This document shows, piece by piece, positions 62,546-64,000 of a stretch of 64,000 nt of DNA. The notes beneath the pieces were generated by a model. It did not search any database. It saw only the letters and a program-made list of their open reading frames with translations, and was not told the DNA's origin. The stretch is taken from the NCBI RefSeq assembly GCF_964194025.1, contig NC_134478.1, forward strand, positions 12,648,001-12,712,000. Direction: 5' to 3'. The stretch comes from Convolutriloba macropyga. Taxonomy: Eukaryota. Positions within the stretch are counted from its first letter, which is position 1. Every line of letters begins with the position of its first letter. Made by a program: the position numbers and the translations under genes.

Positions 62546-62957
62546 AACCGGCTAACGTCAGACGAATTTCTCTGGAACGACCGGCGAGGCAAACAATTTA
62601 GAAGGGGGCCTAGGCTAGAGAAAGTTTTATGATGCAAAAGAAAACGTCTGACTGGAGGGGAGGGGTTTCGAACCCGCGACCTCCCGATAATTGTTGAAGA
62701 CAGAAAACTTCTCAACACTAGGCTACACGGGCTAAGCACCGTTATCTCTCACAAGCAATTTTATTTTAGCAACAGACTTAACTTCTGAATGCTCGCAAAT
62801 CAAATCACTCAAAACAGTGAAAAAGTCAAGCGCGAAAAGTCACCCGAGAAAACAAATCGATAAAAAGTTCTAGAACAAAACGGTCAAGAGAAAACTTTGC
62901 ATAAAAAGACACGCACGTTTACAATAATTGCTTTATGGTTCGATCGAGAGCAACTAA
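62546..62957 (-). mobile_element. Helentron-like element, family A, with a tRNA-like segment (~62660-62735)
   Basis: ccggctaacgtcag plus gaatttctct at the left; taattgct...cgagagcaactaa at the right. Minus-strand A-box TAGCCTAGTG and B-box GGTTCGAAACC. Confidence 0.7.
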
Positions 62958-64000
62958 TAACCTTATTTGGATATTTTCAGTTTGTAAGCCCAGCTTAGTG
63001 GATGCATATTATTTGCTACCCTCGGAAAATTAGAGCTGTCTAAAAACAACAAAATGACAACTTCTGAGCAGAATGGCTAGCAAAACCTGTAACGGATGTT
63101 AGATCAACCGGAGCAGAAAAAGAACATCAAAAAGCATCTTCCATTTTATTTGGTTTTATCTAGTAACAAAACCTTTTCGTGAAAAATTGATCTATATAAT
63201 ATATCTAAGATGGCTACAGAGATAAAAAAAATTGATCTTTTCCTTTTTTATCACCGCATACATTATTCATTGCCAACACACCTCTCCTACCGTTATATAA
63301 CGAAAAAATAATGTACCCACTGAGATGAGGGTGGGGGCAAAACGGAAAAGATCCTAGTCACTTTGTATTATATTTGCAAACCGTTTTCGATAACTAGACG
63401 GAGCCTCTTAGAACTTAGACAAATGAAAAGAATGAGACTTAAAAAAATTGTTAACGGTCGTTAAAAAAAATCTCGACGAAATAAAAAAAACATAGAAGGA
63501 CAAATTCTGAATTACAATCCCAAGAACAAACAAACTGAAAACCTGACTTTTAGTATTCGTAGAAGAACAACTTCTAAAACATAGCATACATCAATACAAA
63601 CACTAAACAAACAGCAATAAAGAGGTCATTTTTAGAGCAGTTTTTTTAAAATTCTGAGAACAGTTTTTAAAAACAAACTATTGACTAGATGAGAGAAAAA
63701 ATTAAGATATTATGAAACAATTTACAAAACAGAAACTTCGACGGTACACACCAAAATTAAAGAAAACATGAGAGACCAAGTAAAAAGACAAGAGATAGCA
63801 TTACACAAACCTCTTTGAAAATCAAAATAGGCCACATAAATCCGTTAAAATGCGTAATTAGTACTTCGAAAACTTTAGACAATAAAAATTACCTATTAGA
63901 AAGCACGTAAAAAATTTCGTGCAGCTGAATCCAGGGGATAATGTAGCAAAACAAACAATCAAAGCACGCAAGCAACGAAGTTCACTGAAATCTGATCTCT

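Overview
AT-rich eukaryotic (animal) genomic DNA with long, repeat-filled introns. Gene style and repeat content would fit an acoel or a similar invertebrate, but that is only an inference. I could splice three complete genes by hand, all on the minus strand: UQCC1/Cbp3 (2 coding exons, joined by a GC-AG intron with complementary ends), coatomer zeta COPZ1 (4 coding exons) and SWI5/Sae3 (2 coding exons, ~8.95 kb intron). Also on the minus strand are the last exon of a CENP-B/Tc5 HTH protein, a GPCR-like exon and a stop-interrupted secreted-protein exon. The rest is mobile or repetitive DNA: a ~351-bp satellite array caught in a 4.88-kb tandem duplication, a foldback/MITE element, several families of Helentron-like non-autonomous elements (one carrying tRNA-like heads), decayed LINE-like remnants and a 112-bp palindrome. 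There is also a decayed Penelope-like retroelement (RT + GIY-YIG, pseudo-LTRs, hammerhead relic). The most unusual signal is that this element's reverse transcriptase carries a PHD-finger-like domain inserted between the GxxMG and YVDD motifs.
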